DNA from: Zygnema circumcarinatum SAG 698-1b
Taxonomy: Eukaryota; Plantae; Zygnematophyceae
DNA length: 64,000 bases
Direction of reading: 5' to 3'
Assembly (NCBI GenBank): GCA_037447605.1
Contig: CM074806.1
Location: forward strand, 1,240,001-1,304,000
Shown: in pieces, positions 12,038 through 24,938 of the stretch
How the letters are laid out: each line of letters opens with the position of its first letter
Position numbering within the stretch: the stretch's first letter is position 1
Program-made: the position numbers and the translations under genes
Notes under the pieces: model-generated
Told to the model about the DNA's origin: nothing
Databases searched by the model: none
The model's input: the letters and a program-made list of their open reading frames with translations, nothing else

Positions 12038-15000
12038 ATGGCTACAAACGTCTTAGCTCCTCTCACAATACTGAAGGGTAGCGATCCTGATGCAAAGGAT
12101 TGGCCGAAGGATACAGTCGCCCTTGGCGTCTGTGTGATGGAGAAAAAGGTGTGACTTTCCGTGCAGTTGCATGAAACAGCATGAGGAGTTAGGGAAAGGA
12201 GGAGCACAGAGTCTGGACCTCTACCAAGGATGCATAAGGAAATTCAGGTTTAAAAAATTAGAAAAGTCTTTTGAAATGAATAATTATGACTGTTTTTCTC
12301 GGCTCCATGCTGAATGTCGTGCTTTTGACTGACACTATTGAGAGATGCCAGGCGCTTTCTGCACCAATGCGAGAGATACTCGACCGGCTGCGAGCCTTTG
12401 GGGAGTTTGAGGTACTCAAAGCTTAAATGTGCATTGATTTTACATTTAATAAACCAGGCTAACCTCACGTCGTCAATTTTTTTGTTGCTTTTAAAGCGGC
12501 TACGCTTTTGACTAAACGACTTAGTGATCGCCACAGTTCAAGAAGAGCATTTTCTTCTATGAGTTGCTAAAGAATGCACTGTTATACGATTGGGAGTTGT
12601 TTGAAATTCACCCAACTCCTGTTCGTGATATAGATTGTGATTTTCAACGACCGGATCATTCTGGAGGAACCAATTGAAAAGTGAGTCCATCATACTGATC
12701 ACTTACCGCTCTAATGCAGCACGAGCTGGTTAAGCTATGGCAGACTGGTTCTTAGTACCAATTCTTTGGCAAATTTGCGATAAGACGTGGCTGCTTTCAG
12801 AGCTTGCCGCTAGAATGGGACGTCAAAGTGTTTACCTGTGTAGCTTGTCTATTGTCTTTCTGCAGATGGCCAATCTGCGATGCCCTCATTGCGTTTCATT
12901 CGACCGGATTTCCCTTGGAGAAAGCGAAGGCTTATGCTGCCCTGCGCAAGTATGAAACGAACTCAAATAATGTAGTTCGCCTATAATTAAGTATGTCCGT
13001 CTTACATCGTGAATTTCTCTAAGAATCATTTCACCCACATGGATCACGGCCTGATAATGAAATTTTGTCTTTGAATACGTGCTTCAATGGGGACGACGCA
13101 GTAGAAGTGTTCCAAAATGAACTTGTAACGAACTTGGGACGGCATCATATGCGACAAGTCGTGAAATGAGATCAATGGCTTAAGAGGCTTAATTATCCCC
13201 ATTTGCAATACCTTTATAAAGTAATCTCGCATCTACCTCCCATTGGTTTTTATCGTTTGAGAAAGCTCTCATGTAAACCATCGGACTAGAAGCTGCCCAA
13301 GCGCCTCATTTGATGAAACATCGTCACTAGTATTCCACAAGGAAGAGACTTTGTTGTTCTGCTGTTCAAAATAAGCTGCAGCCACTGGAAGATAGTCCAA
13401 AGCATCATTTGGCCTTCAATGTACAAAAACTGTAACTCTGACACTTTCCATGATGCCTGCTCCTCCCACAGACCATATCTGGTCAACGAGCTGCAACAGC
13501 AGACGCTTCTCCATGATCGCCGCAAAGTCTACAAAGTAAGTCAGAATTCGGAGGATGCACCGAGTTGCTGTGGACCACAAGTATCTAATGCAAGCACCTC
13601 TTACTGTCTATGTGAAGCCTGTGAAAACCTGGTTCTCTCTGAACTACTCTCGGTCTGGCTGAGCTCTCTACTAATTGCCTCTGCCTTTCCTCTTCTAAAT
13701 AAGTTTTCCACAGCTTTTAAAACGTTCGTTTGGTTTCTTGGTGGAAACTGGCAGAGACTTGAAGAGAGTGGGCTTCCGACTCCTAAGTATGCGGTTGTGA
13801 ATCGCGATTATCCCGAGCAGGAGGTTGACAACTTCATAGAAGACGAGGATTATGTCGAAGTAAACGGGAAGCGGATATATAAGCCCTTCGTGGAAAAACC
13901 AGCAGATGGTTATTATTCCTGTCCCAAACCACACTTCCTGCGTGCATGCTGAGGCTTTTAAGAGTGGAAGAAGCATCTTGGACCCAAGGGCTACCTGCCG
14001 GAAGTGTCAGATTGCAGGTTGAATGCCCTATGCTTTGGCGGACAATAATTTCTTTAGTGTTCTCTTTGGAGCTCACAAACCATCCGTGTTACTAGGATGA
14101 CTTTGAAGCCGCATCTAGGTTGCGTGGCAGATCAAAACTTGAGTTGTAAACCCATCATGACGGGATCGGTTTGTCACAAATGCATGATGACGATGAACAG
14201 TCGCCCAAAGCTAAGATTGGCGAGCAATCTTATTTTCTCACATCTTCAATGGCTCCCCCTGCAGGGGATGATCACAGCGTTATGATATACTATCCCAGTT
14301 CAGCCGGAGGTGGCATGAAAGAGCTTTTCCGCAAGGTAACACTCTTTCAGCAGCCTCATCTTCCCACCAAAACTTGCACAAAAACTCCATAGAATGGTTC
14401 CTTATGTGGTTTCAGCCCCTGCAGGTGGGCAATAGGTCGAGCTCCTTTCATCCCGATGTTCGGCAGGTCCGACGGACCGGATCATACATCTATGAAGAGT
14501 TCATGCCCACGGGCGGCACCGATGTGAAGGTTTATACTGTCGGCCCGGACTATGCTCATGCAGAGGCTCGCAAGTCCCCCGTTGTGGATGGGGTCGTCAT
14601 GCGGAGTGCCGATGGGAAAGAGGTGCAATCTGCACCATAGCAGCTTGTGCATGTGAAGTTGTTCAATTCAGCCTTTGGAGGGTCTTCCTCAAGCTTTAAG
14701 GTTTTCGTGGTCTTGGATTCTTTCAGTGGAGGTTGGGGCAAGTCATTAATGTGGGACTCGGGAAAAACGATGGCCGGAAATTGGTGGGTTTTGGATGATT
14801 TGGCATAATTGGGAAGTCGTGATGATGAGTGTGAGTTTGAGTGCCGGTTTCTGTCGGTTTGTACTGTGCCAGATCAGGTATCCCGTGCTGCTCACTCCGG
14901 TAGAGAAGGAAATGGCTCGGACTGTCTGCGTCGCGTTTGGACAGGCGGTGAGCAGCTGCCAAGTGATGACCCGTTGGAAAAGGCTGTCATTGGTGTTTGG

Positions 15001-16216
15001 GAAGTGAAGTAAACATGGTGAACTGTCAGCTTAAGGAAAATTTACAACACTCAAATTTGAGTGTTACACAAGCTCATCAGAGGCCACAGCTGGAAAACAG
15101 AAATAGGAGTCACCAGTAAGATTCTTGCAAATTCGAAAAAGATACTATTTGGACAGAAATTCACAACACGTTGATAATGGTCTTGTCTTAGGTCTTTGCT
15201 CTAAGCTTCACAACAAGTTTGTGCCTCAAGGTCAGTGCATGTGTTTGGGGGCTAGTGAAATAGTTAAAGGTTTTGGTAGCAGAGTTCTTAAGTGTACCCG
15301 TTAAGGTGCCCTTATCCAAAGAGTTTGTAGCTAGGAAAATCGCCTATTTTTGCAATGCTGTATGTCCGACCCCGTCATTATGTATTACACAAGTATCTAC
15401 AGAGACAGGAACGAACAACGTGCAAGCGCATGCATGTGCATGATGCTGGTTTGATCATCCAAGGCACTTTATTTATGCTATTGATCCTCACTCTTGCCAT
15501 TACTGTGCAGGTTTGCGGATTTGATCTACTACGGTCCCAAGGGAAGTCGTATGTTTGCGACGTCAATGGATGGAGCTTTGTGAAGAATTCGCACAAGTAG
15601 GGCTCACCAGTAATCTCCTGCCTGCTTTGATTTTTTGAAATGGCAGTGAAACAGGGACACTGAACATCGAACAGATGATCAGATTTTATTTATTTCCACA
15701 TAGCATTACAGTCACGTATCTTGCAGGCCAACCTTCCTTGCTCTAACCTCTGCTGCTATTCGTTTCATTCAAGGTCTCATCAGCCGGTTGGCTGCCATCT
15801 CCTGTCCCATAGTTAAATTCCTGATGTCGGCAACGAGCCAATTTTTCTCCTCCTCGCCCACGAGAGTCTGTCCTTGCCTCCGCTGCGTGTCTCCCACTTG
15901 AAAAGGTGTCCAGATTCAGCCTGCAGTTGCACTTGCCATCGCAGGTACTACGACGACGCGGCGTGCGTCCTCCGCGCCCTCCTCCTCCGCGGGTGCGCGC
16001 CGCACCTCTCCTCGCCGCTGCCCCCGACGCTGCCCTGGGACTGCGCGAGCCCGCCCGCCGCCGCCGCCCGCCAAAGCAGCGTGCCGCAGAGCACCTTCGG
16101 ACAGCGCGAGGAGCTGCGCTGTCTCATCGCCGTCGTGCGCCAGTGAGTTAGTCAGCCAGTCAGTCACTCAGTCAGTTAGTCAGTCAGTCAGTTAGGCAGG
16201 CAGTCAGTTACTCAGT

Positions 16217-16248
<32 letters not shown>

Positions 16249-19200
16249 CGGCAGTCAGTGGCTGGAAGCTGCAAGTGGGCAGAGGGAGATTCGGATGGAT
16301 GGGTGTTGGGGGGGGAGGCAGGTGTATGTGAGTGGATGTAAGGAGGCACATGACTAATGCAATGGTGGAGAGGGGTTGGGGTGATGATGCCAGTGGCGAC
16401 CGGACTCCGAAACAGAAGGTGAAGCTGAAAGTGACGCACGAGCGGCTTCTCGCACTGATGCTCAAGTACAATGGCCACAAGCCAAGGGCCGAGGTGGGGT
16501 GAAATGATTTAGGTGCTTTTATCTTTGAGAGGAGGGACTTCACTTGCATCTAAGATAAAAATACTGAGGCTGCATCGGAAGGGAGGCCACATACTCTGTT
16601 ATTGGTCTTGCCTGCATGAAGAAAGTTATGGAGCTAAGTTATGCTCGGTCTTAGACCTGTTGCTCAGAGTTGTCACCAGCAGCTCTTGGATGAAGGCGGG
16701 CAGGTCGTATGCCCTCTCTATGCCAGAGTTGGAGGTGAGTGAGTGAAAGGGCGGGGCTCGCAGGCGAAGCTGAAAAGCGCCGTCCAACTGCAGGACCTGC
16801 TCGACACTCTGCGCCTGCTTGTGCCCCGCAGCAGGTCCGTTCTCGCGCACAGAGGAGAAGAGAGGAGAGGCGAGGGGAGGGGGAGGGGGAGGGAGGAGGG
16901 GGGGAGGGGGAGGGGAGGGGGAGGGAGGGAGGGAGGGAGGGAGGGAGGGAGGGAGGGGGAGGGGAGGGGAGGGGGAGGGGAGGGGAGGGGAGGGGGAGGG
17001 GAGGGGAGGGGGAGGGGAGGGGGAGGGGGAGGGGAGGGGGAGGGGAGGGGGAGGGGAGGGGGAGGGGGAGGGGGGAGGGGAGGGGGAGGGACTTGACAAT
17101 CGTTTTTTCGGACTATGGAGCTCTGGTCATTGTGGAAGGGAGTGCAGGCCTGCCAAGGATAGTGATAGTGAAGCAGAAGATTTCGAGAATGCGGAAAAAC
17201 TGCGCCATGTGAAAGCGGTGCTGGAAGAGGTATGCATTTTTATGTGCTGGCGGATTTTGATGAGGACAGAGGGCAAAGTGCTTACTGAGGATGCATTTGT
17301 GATCTGCAGTGGTTTGGTGGCGTTTCTTATACCCTGACTAGCTTGGCTTGTGGACGCATCTGACCTGCTTTCCTATATGTTCAGTCGTTTTAGCGGGCTT
17401 ACTAACTCAACTCTGCTTGAATGGCACCGACAACCAATTCCTTTTCTGCTTTTGCAGGGAGGCCACTTTTCTGGGATCTACAGAAAGGCTCAGCTGAAGC
17501 CCCAAAAGTGGGTGGTTGTGCGCGAAGAGGGAGGGGAGGCGGAGGTCGAACGTCCCATTGAAGCGCTCATGGTGCTAAAGTATGGAGGGGTGCTCACTCA
17601 TGCTGGAAGAATCCAGGTACAGGACTGCCATCTCTTTGAAAGTGAAAGCATTAGGCTGATTTGGGAATGTTTCAATGATTCATCCGCTTGTATTTTTCAA
17701 TGCCGTGTGTGCTTGCATTTTTGTCAAGGTTCGAGCAATTCGTGTCTGCATTCGTGCAATACCATACATGTGTGATCTGCTAACCTGTCAACGACTGCTT
17801 CACTCTCTCTGCCTTGCAGGCTGAGGAACTCGGACGCATGTTCCGTTTCAACATGTATCCCGGTGAGAAGCGCGAGGGTTAGGGTTTAAGATTAGGGTTA
17901 GGGTTCAAGCTATGGTCTGATGGGGCCACCCTCTCTATGCTGGGAAGGGCTTCATGCATTCACTCAATGCACCTTACCCATGGGAATGCATGCTTGTGTT
18001 GGACATAACTGCAGTGTGGCTTTATTGTGCTCAATTGTACCGTGGTGTGTGCATGTGGAATGTCAGCGGAGGTTGGGGAAGGCACGGGTTTGATCCGGCT
18101 TCACAGCACATATCGGCATGATCTGAAAATCTACAGCTCGGATGAAGGCCGAGTGCAGGTGTGTGCATGTGTTTGGGGTCTCTAACAGTTTCGGACTGCA
18201 TTCTCTCGTTTGTAGATGTACAGGCCTTCTAGTTACGAACGGCTGAACGGAAAGACTGAACTTTGTGCTGAACAGAAAGAGTTGCTGCCTGACCAGTAAT
18301 CATCCATGGAGTATGTTCGCACATGTTCTAAAATAAGACAGGTTTCCTCCTGAACAGTCTGATATGTTCTTTGTTGATTAAGAGCTCCATTCTGCCATTC
18401 AATGAGCTGAAGCAACAATGTATGGGCTGAGACTGTTCAGATGTCCGCCGCCGCCTTCACGAAGGGCCTGTTGGACCTGGAGGGCCCTCTCACCCCCATA
18501 CTGGTGAGCTGCCTACTTCCCTGCTTTTGGAAGGAAAGCGGAATAAAATGAAAGTGGAGGGGCTGGGAGGAGGGGGGAGAAGAGGGGAAAGGGGTGTCAA
18601 GGAAGAGAAAGGAGAGGGAAAGGGAAGTGAAGTGGAGGATGGCGAATGGGAAAAGGTGAAGGGACTAGGGAATGCATTTATCGGATAGCTTACTCCGGTT
18701 TATAGGATGTGAGATCATTTGGACTGCCCAACGCCAACCTTAACATTGTCTGCGAAGGCTGGGAGTTATTTTCTTAAAAAACATATATTGCTGTGGGTGG
18801 CACCCATATGCTCTTCAAACTCCTGAGCTTGAGACAAAGTGAATTTATATATGGAGGTTTCAAATATTGACTCTATTGAACAATGAGCGTAAAACAAGTT
18901 AAGCGTGGGGGGGTGGGGGGGGTTTGAAACTAACCTGGCAGGTGAGCTTGGTAAGCAAAGATTCCCCAATGCTGGATGGTCTCGACACTGCGTACATCGA
19001 GATGCAACAAGCCAAGGTGTGCTGCTGGACCCTAACAATCTCAGACTTTGCCTTTGTGTTGTTCTCTCTCTACTCTTGTGAGAGTGAGTGAATTGGTACA
19101 GACATGTTGACATGCTCATATGGGAGCAGGCCAGGCTGTATGAGCTGATGATTTCACCACATCCTTCATCTCCATCACCTCCTCCGTTGGATCAGCCATG

Positions 19201-21826
19201 GATGGTAGAGGGAGCGGGCATTCCGCCACAGCCTCTGGCAAAGTTGCATCGTCTGGTAGGTCATATTGGATATATTGTTCACATTAAATCTATAATGGCT
19301 TGGCTGCAGCGGTGTCAACCGGTTTGTTGGAAGATGAAAAAGGATTGAACAATTGACTAGTCAGAGCTCCCACTCAAAAAAAATCACTTTCCACAGCTTG
19401 GTGGCCACGATCACATAGAGAGTGCTTTCAATCTCAATGCTGTCAATCTGTGAATATGAGACAACACAACAAAAAAATGACGTTCCGTCGTTCCGACTGC
19501 GGGAGAGAGCAGGTGAAACTGGTGAAGATCGTGACTATGCAACTGAAAGAGCGTTGCAAGGAGGAGGAGAACGAGATAAAGGAGGAAGGGGGGGGGGAGA
19601 GAGTGAGGATTGAGGACATCCCTCCCTACGACACTGCGAGTGTTCTCGGAAAAGCACGGCTTGACGTGGACCGGATCGCTGCAGGGCTGCCCTGCGGGAG
19701 CGAGAACTTTCTGCTCATGTTTGCGCGCTGGAAGAAGCTCGAGAGAGACATATACAACGAGAGGAAGGAGTGAGTGAGTCGGCCTTGGGGGAAGGCTCGT
19801 TCCACTCCTCAGATTCTTGTCGGTTTCCTGCTCTGCATTACGCATACAGCTTTGTCTTCATCTGCCTAAGGGGAGACGTCCTTGGCTCAAGACAATGTAA
19901 TGGAGAAATCTAAAGTTTGATGTCATTCTGAGTCGCAGGTTATACAAGATGTTGTCATAATTTTTGTAATGTTCTGCAATGTTCTGTTCTTGACAGAGTG
20001 CGGACTGACATTGTTTCTTCATCTGTGTGGTTTGCAGCCGCTTCGACATCAGCAAGATCCCTGATATATACGACTCGTCCAAGTCAGTACTACTCCTTCC
20101 TTGCACATCTCTTTGAAGTCGCTGCTTTTCTTTCGAAGCCCACATGTTAGTCGAGCTGCTTCAGGTGCTTGATAGTTACTTGGCTTAACCAGAGACTGAG
20201 CTGCTGGGCTGTTCCTTTTTTCCTTTGGGCAGATACGACTTGCTGCACAATGCCCACTTGAGTTTACAGCACTTGGAAGAACTATATACTATAGCAAAGG
20301 TAGCAATCGCTCTCCATCGTCTCACTGACCGTTTTCATGGCAAGTAAGCTTTCATGCAGTACGTGCTTTGTGGCTGAAGCTTACTGAACCTCTTGAGCAT
20401 ATTGGTTGGTTCGTCGGAGTATGCAATCATTAGCCGTATGTCAGCAGTATGTAATTCTATGGAACGGATATTTCTTTTTGATGGGTATTTCTTGTGGAGG
20501 GCAGGAGCTTGCCGATGGGGTCATCCCCAATGAATACGGTGTGAATCCGCGGCAGAAGCTCATTATCGGCACAAAGGTACTTTGACAGGAATACGTACGG
20601 AATGTCAATGGCCCTTGTGCTTTGTTAAAGGCTCCTTTGCTCAAAGCATATGCATAAACATGTCTGCCTGCCTCACCGTAAATAGATTTGCTTGCCTCCC
20701 TAAGACTGTCTTTGAGCGTTGTAACTTGTAAGCCTCCCTCTGACTCTGCTTTCTCCATATGTCATCTCAAACTTGTCACAAAAAGGTTGCAAGGCGGCTT
20801 CTTGGAAAAGCGGTTATTGACCTTCAGAACACGATCGATGACTCGAGACGAGCGCTGGAGGAGAGCGGTGCGAAGCAAATGAAACGAAGTGTGGAGGGAG
20901 GCCTCTCCGAGGAGCAGCCCGCTCCCCCCCACAAACCATCTCTCACCCGCCACAACTCTCGCGGTAGTGCAAGCAGCGAACGGGAGACGGAGGAGGAAGA
21001 TGCTATTGAGACTCCCTACCGCCTTGACCCAAAGTCAGTTTTCTTCATTCCCTATGGACCAGCTGTCCCTATCCCTGCCGACGCAGTCTTAACTGTTTTT
21101 CTCGATATGTCAGTGGCTGTGGTCCAATTGCCAGGTCACTGGGGCTACTGACTGCTTGAGATCTATGCTGTTCGATAAAGAGAGAACTCCATTGAGGTTT
21201 TTCTTGCTACAGAATGTTCAGGATGTTGAAGGGCTTCCTTGGACGCACTGTGCTGGCAGGTATGCCAATGTGCGGTCTCCCCAGAGGCACGTTCGAACGC
21301 GCTTATACTTCACATCCGTCAGTTTTTCTCACCTTGATATATGAGCCCTGCAGTTCAGTGTGCTATCAGCTTGAATTCAGTTTTAGTTGATCCCTCTTGC
21401 GGAGAACGCGCAACGGTAGCGCTGGACAAAGTCTGATCTAGCTCCATGCAGATGTGAGTCATGCTTACATCTTACATTTTGTGGGCTCGAGGGGCGCAGG
21501 AGTCACACCTTCACTCGGTGCTGAACGTGTTGCGCTATAGTTGGCTCGATGAAGCGCTGGAGGGTAGGAGGGGTTTGGTCTGCTTCAGCGCCCTCAAGCG
21601 TCTTGTTGAATGCAACGACCTTGATTATCTCACCCACATTGTGATTCGCATGTATGAGAATGTGGAGGTAATCTCGGCTCCTCTCCTCTCTTCTTCACAA
21701 TCCTGTCCTTTTCGGTAGTGACGTGTAGGATTTGCAGCAGGGGCCTGCTGATCAGTTCTACTAAGGGCAGACTACTTTGAAGGTGCGCCTCTGTAGTTGG
21801 CCAAGGAAAATAGTGGGAATGATTAG

Positions 21827-21876
<50 letters not shown>

Positions 21877-22709
21877 CGTGAGCGGGGGGTAACTCTGCGC
21901 CTGCAGATGTAGGACACTGAAATGCAGAACTCTGCTCCTTTTAGCTAGTCGTTGTTGCCGGTCCCCACAGGCCGCAGCGTGCATGGTGATGTCAAGGCTC
22001 TCAAATGTGCAACTCTGCCCACTGGTCCCATTGACAGGTGGAGTTTTCCAATCCAAAGCGTTTCCGCATTGAGCTTCTTTACAGCCCTGGAGCTGCCTAC
22101 AACCCGCTTGAGGTGAGCCTATCTTTAGATGGACTGCTACAGTATGGAAGCACGGATGCCTTATGGGTCGCTGCAGCAGCTTAGCAAAGCTGGTAACTGG
22201 GCCATGTCTGAGAACAAATCATGGACATACTACAGGGGTTGAAACAAGGTGGTGTGCGTGAGTCTTTCCGTTTCTTAGTTAGAACTTCCTTCCATATTCT
22301 TATCCTTTTTCGAATTCTGATTGTGCCATCGGACAGTGCTTGCTACGTATCCTCAGCCTTCCATGATGTTTCTCGGCGTGGGCAGGTGGTGCCTCGCAGC
22401 AGGGATCACACTCTTCCTGTAATGCAACCTGAACCGCTGCAGGATGCAGACACTCAGTTGTCCTTTGAAGAAATGCACAAAATGGTCGCACCTTTCGCCA
22501 TGCCTCCAGAGGATTTCCCGCCGCCAAACCTCCCTCAGTCGTTTGCAGGCTTCTTTAATAAGCCGACCATGTTTGAAAGAATCGCGAACATGTGGCCCTT
22601 CAATCAACTTCCTTTGCAAGCCACCTCCACCTCCAAACAGGCGGCTGCATCCATGAGTAGAGCCGCGTCGAGTCAGGGACTGAAGCAGTTGGGCAGCTCC
22701 GATGGGTGA
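12038..22709 (+). CDS. VIH: Inositol hexakisphosphate / diphosphoinositol-pentakisphosphate kinase (PPIP5K, Vip1/VIH), more than 25 exons
   Basis: [69 protein letters not shown] and [10 protein letters not shown] in the kinase domain. [10 protein letters not shown] phosphatase motif split by the 16143-16393 intron, then [15 protein letters not shown] and [14 protein letters not shown]. Confidence 0.96.
16145..16258 (+). repeat. Compound (AGTC)n/(GGCA)n microsatellite in a VIH intron
   Basis: Visible tetranucleotide arrays directly after the splice donor. Confidence 0.9.
16851..17090 (+). repeat. Polypurine (GGGGA/GGGA)n tract in a VIH intron
   Basis: About 240 bp that is almost entirely G and A. 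Confidence 0.95.
17875..17905 (+). repeat. Short TTAGGG-type telomere-like tract in a VIH intron
   Basis: AGGGTT AGGGTT TAAGATT AGGGTT AGGGTT. Confidence 0.7.
21829..21870 (+). repeat. (GA)n microsatellite
   Basis: Perfect dinucleotide run. Confidence 0.95.
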
Positions 22710-23139
22710 AGCAAGCGAGGGTCCAGGGAGGGAGGCCGCTGTGGAGGCAGGCACCCTCTGCGTGTTGCCCTTGTCGGCTTGGTCTCAGGCCAATGACTGC
22801 TTTGTGTCTCCAAGTTTGACCGTAGTTTGCCTTGCATTGGACCAAACATATATGCTGCCTATGCGGCTCTTGGGTCCCCCTCCTTGCCTTTACTGCGTGT
22901 CCGTATGGGCGCCAATGCTTTATCAATGTTCGTCATGTAGCCCCGCCTCAGTTAGTTAGACCTGCTAGTCTGGAGGATCGTTGTCAGGAGGTCCGTGTGA
23001 AGTAACGGTTGCGCTGCGGCTCTCAATGGGATGACGGACTGCAGTGGGTTGTGCTTCTTATGTTCTCGTCTCAATCAATGAATGAAGAGCTTCATTGACA
23101 GGTTCTTCTTTCTTCTCGTACATCAATTTGGGTCTCCTC

Positions 23140-23640
23140 TCTCTCATTCATCTTCGAATCTTGGACTTTCTGATCTTTTTGCATTTCTCCCTCTATGACT
23201 ATGACACCTCTACTCTTGATGACTTTTCACTTTCTGGATCATACATTTTTGTATGTCAAGCTGTCACCATCGTATCCAACAAGAAATCATTTTGGTCGGA
23301 TCAAATTTCCTCCTGCCTAGGTTTTCGAAATGTTAGCTATGCACGGCGATTCCTAAATCCTTGTGTTTAACGTTTAGTTTCTTTTAGGTTCACAAATTTC
23401 GAGGCATATACTTGAATTTCGAATATGGGAGTGGGGAATCTGTTGTAGATATATGTTGCAACTGTGAAGGCCATAGCCCAAAAATTGATGTCCAATGTAG
23501 AGTCTTCAATCGTAAAGCGAACCACCTCCAGCACGGTCCTGTTCAATCTCTTTGCTGCACTGTTGCTTTGAGGACAATAGGGCCCAGTGAATCGATACCT
23601 TCCTATTCAAGAAGACATTCTACAAACTAACTGAAGATGA
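23140..23640 (-). mobile_element. Degenerate Ty1/copia integrase fragment
   Basis: Minus-strand translation FTGPYCPQSNSAAKRLNRTVLEVVRFTIEDSTLDINFWAMAFTVATYIYNRFPT matches the copia pattern TxPYxPQQNGxAERxNRT...FWAEA..TA.Y..NR.P. Stops and frameshifts follow. Confidence 0.85.
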
Positions 23641-24213
23641 GTCACGAAGAATGATTGTTGAAGGACTACGCAGGGGTAGACTGCTATCTCAAGTGGCAGC
23701 CGGAGCCATGTCGACTTTGCGACATTTCCTTCGCTTGCGCATTTTCAAAGTCATTTTCTTTCTGCTTCCCCACCAGGATTTTGACCAGCTGGCCTCCCGA
23801 AGAGGTGAGCTAGTTCTCCCGCCCTCAGTGTTCCTCTTTTTCTGCAGGTCCGCATCACGGAGTACGTTCTTCTCTCCGTCTCTGCTGGATTGTCTGAAAG
23901 TTTTATTTCGGCCAGGGCCAACTTCTATGCTATCTTTTGATATTGAGGGAAAATCCACTACCGCGCCCTCAGCTCCGGAACCAAACGTCTCTTCCTCAAC
24001 AGCGCCATAAATTTCTTCGTGATGTCCTCCCAAAGAGGAGCGTCGACCGAGAACGCCCTTCTTCCAAGATTGACCTTCCTTTAAACCTATCGATCCGTAA
24101 ACAGCAGACTTGCGTTGCATGGAAGGCGTGGGAGGATCCTCTTTCGTATTGACCTCTGAGGGAGAAAATGAAAATGACTTCTGGACAACAGAAGCGCGCA
24201 GCTGCTCAGTTGC

Positions 24214-24665
24214 ATTCACTGCACCCTATTGTCCTCAAAACAACGATGCAGCAGAGAGCTTGAACAAAAACCTTGACAAAGATAGTTTGCTTTATGATTC
24301 AAGACTCAACATAAGACATCAACTTTTAGGTTGAGGCAATCACAGTTGCAGCATACATCCACAAAAGATCCCCCGCTACCACACTCGACTTCAAGTATGT
24401 GTTCCAAGAGTTGTGGACTAGAGTGAAACCAAGCGTGAAGCACATGAGGATTCAGGGATCACTGTGTATTGTTAACAATTCGAAAGCCAATAAAATAAGA
24501 AAATGTGAACTGGCTGACTCAAAAAGGTTTCTTGTTGAATACGGCGGTGACAATTTGACATACGAACTTTATGATCCAAAAAGGGATAAAGTTATCAAGA
24601 GTAGAGATGTCGTAGTAATGGAATGAGAAATGCAAAAAAATCAAAGAGTCGAAGATTTGAAAAAG
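24214..24665 (+). mobile_element. Degenerate Ty1/copia integrase fragment, second copy in inverted orientation
   Basis: FTAPYCPQNNDAAESLNK, EAITVAAYIHKRSP, ELWTRVKPSVKHMRIQGS and FLVEYG..YELYDPKRDKVIKSRDVV (copia post-integrase SH3-like region), with stops. Confidence 0.88.
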
Positions 24666-24938
24666 AACCATACCACCATGTTGGAAAAGAATAAGCAATC
24701 ATTTGCTATATTCGAAAATGTAAAACTATTCCCAATATTAGAACCAAATTGGTGCTGTAATTGAAACCAATTGGCTTTGGAAGTTTAAGTTTAGCCTCAA
24801 CGTGCAGCGCCTGAACCTGCAGTGCAGGCAGAGCCGTCCAGCCAGCCCGCCTGCAGCCTCCCTCCCTCAGCCCACGCTGCTCCGTGTCGCCTCTCCTGCC
24901 TTCAGTTCAGCTCAACGGCCGGACGTACGGATGGCGTA

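Noticed and set aside
16626-17337. Long Pro-rich and Gly/Arg/Glu-rich ORFs (also at 53436-54013, 25548-26252 and 59957-60610)
   Set aside because: They are translations of low-complexity purine/pyrimidine tracts in introns, UTRs or minisatellites.
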